From an uncultured Candidatus Rokubacteria bacterium (GTDB lineage: Bacteria > Methylomirabilota > Methylomirabilia > Rokubacteriales > DASRDR01), in assembly GCA_963708025.1 (NCBI GenBank), contig CAVPSB010000018.1:64001-128000 (forward strand): 64,000 bases of DNA, read 5' to 3'. The position numbers and the translations under genes are program-made. Numbering within the stretch: position 1 is the stretch's first letter; the number at the start of each line of letters is the position of its first letter. Of this stretch, positions 63,182 to 64,000 are shown in pieces. The notes under the pieces were generated by a model. It was not told where the DNA came from and did no database searches. It saw nothing but the letters and a program-made list of their open reading frames with translations.

Positions 63182-63250
63182 CCTCCCGGCTTCCCCCCTC
63201 CCCCCGGTGGGTGGGGGAGGGAGGTTGGGGGGTGGGCGGGAGGTCCCGAA
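63182..63250 (+). repeat. G/C-tract repeat, copy 10
   Basis: Core repeat. Confidence 0.85.
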
Positions 63251-63324
63251 CTGAGTGGACCAAGGTCCAATAGGCAGGTCGGATCACGGCGACTAGACTC
63301 ATCACGTACAGGAGGAGCGGGGTC

Positions 63325-63576
63325 ATGGCGGTCATCTGGTGGATCGTGTTCGGGCTCGTCGTGGGGATCGTCGCCAAGTTCTTGATGCCGGGTCGTGACC
63401 CGGGCGGAGTCATCGTCACGATTCTGCTCGGAGTGGCGGGCGCCCTCCTGGGCGGCTATCTTGGCCGGGCGGTTGGCTGGTACGCCGAGGGGGATCCAGT
63501 CGGCTTCTTGATGGCCGTGGTGGGCGCCATCGCCTTGCTGGCGCTCTACCGGATGCTGGCCCGCCGATCGGTCTGA
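63325..63576 (+). CDS. GlsB/YeaQ/YmgE family membrane protein
   Basis: WIVFGLVVGIVAKFLMPGRDPGG; SD AGGAGG. Confidence 0.9.
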   Translation: MAVIWWIVFGLVVGIVAKFLMPGRDPGGVIVTILLGVAGALLGGYLGRAVGWYAEGDPVGFLMAVVGAIALLALYRMLARRSV

Positions 63577-63586
63577 GTGACGTTTC

Positions 63587-63650
63587 TCGGGGGGCTCGAA
63601 AGACCCCCCCGCTGCCCCCTCGTCGTGGCGGCGGCGAAGCCGCCGCCGCG
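63587..63650 (+). repeat. Second repeat family copy
   Basis: GGGGGGCTCGAAAGACCCCCC plus GGCGGCGGCGAAGCCGCCGCC hairpin. Confidence 0.55.
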
Positions 63651-63709
63651 GTGGCTCTGCATGGCTCACATGGCCTTGAACGCCCGGTCGGGGCGCCCAG
63701 GAGGCAGAG

Positions 63710-64000
63710 ATGCTTGCAGTGAGATGGCTGCGCATGATTCCGGCGGTGGCCCTCGTCCTCGCCGGCTGTGTCGGGCTCGAGACACGGCCGGCGCCGTCCC
63801 GAGGCCCCGCGCCCTCGCCGAGCGCCGGACAGCCCGCGCCGACCCCGGCGGCCCGGCGAGTCGACCCGCGGGACGCCCAGCGGCTTTCGCGCATCATGGT
63901 TCCGCTGCTTCGGGCCGCCAACAACCAGCGGCCGCTGGACCAGGTTCGCGTGGGAGTCCTCGCCGACGACGGCATCAACGCCGCCAGCGCCGGCGGCGGC
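63710..64000 (+). CDS. Lipoprotein, probable M48 metallopeptidase (partial, runs off the window)
   Basis: LAGC lipobox; VGVLADDGINAASAGGG resembles the M48 N-terminal motif. Confidence 0.55.
   Translation, partial: MLAVRWLRMIPAVALVLAGCVGLETRPAPSRGPAPSPSAGQPAPTPAARRVDPRDAQRLSRIMVPLLRAANNQRPLDQVRVGVLADDGINAASAGGG

Noticed and set aside
16642-63250. Repeats as a CRISPR array
   Set aside because: Copies are dispersed, lack regular spacers and no cas genes are present

Overview
Very GC-rich bacterial chromosomal window. Gene style (zinc-ribbon/AAA/TPR cyclases, many ABC transporters, GC-rich intergenic repeats) suggests a soil bacterium such as Ca. Rokubacteria, but this is an inference. Isolated frameshifts in several housekeeping-type genes look like long-read indel errors. 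From left to right: a P-type ATPase and an SHP/diheme-cytochrome/cytochrome b operon with a QseBC-like two-component system, ending at a tRNA-Val 3' fragment (probable att site). Next is a metabolic backbone (peptidase, cyclase plus redoxin, pdxY, polyamine-type ABC, amidase, GGT, hydrolases, and a putative nucleoside-catabolism operon interrupted by a solo integron-type gene cassette with an attC site). An intact tRNA-Asp is the insertion site of a ~16.5 kb island bounded by a 49-bp direct repeat. The island holds an integrase relic, a tRNA-Leu att fragment, an RHH gene pair, a flavin monooxygenase and five co-oriented SAM methyltransferases (order A-B-C-B'-A') between two cyclase-AAA-TPR genes. 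After the island come a second accessory block, hpaBC-like genes, a phosphonopyruvate-decarboxylase-like gene, a cNMP-binding/AI-2E pair and small genes. A modular G/C-tract palindromic repeat family (10 core copies plus variants) occurs in the backbone but not in the island. The best candidates for undescribed biology are the methyltransferase array with its flanking cyclases, the solo attC cassette and the modular repeat family.
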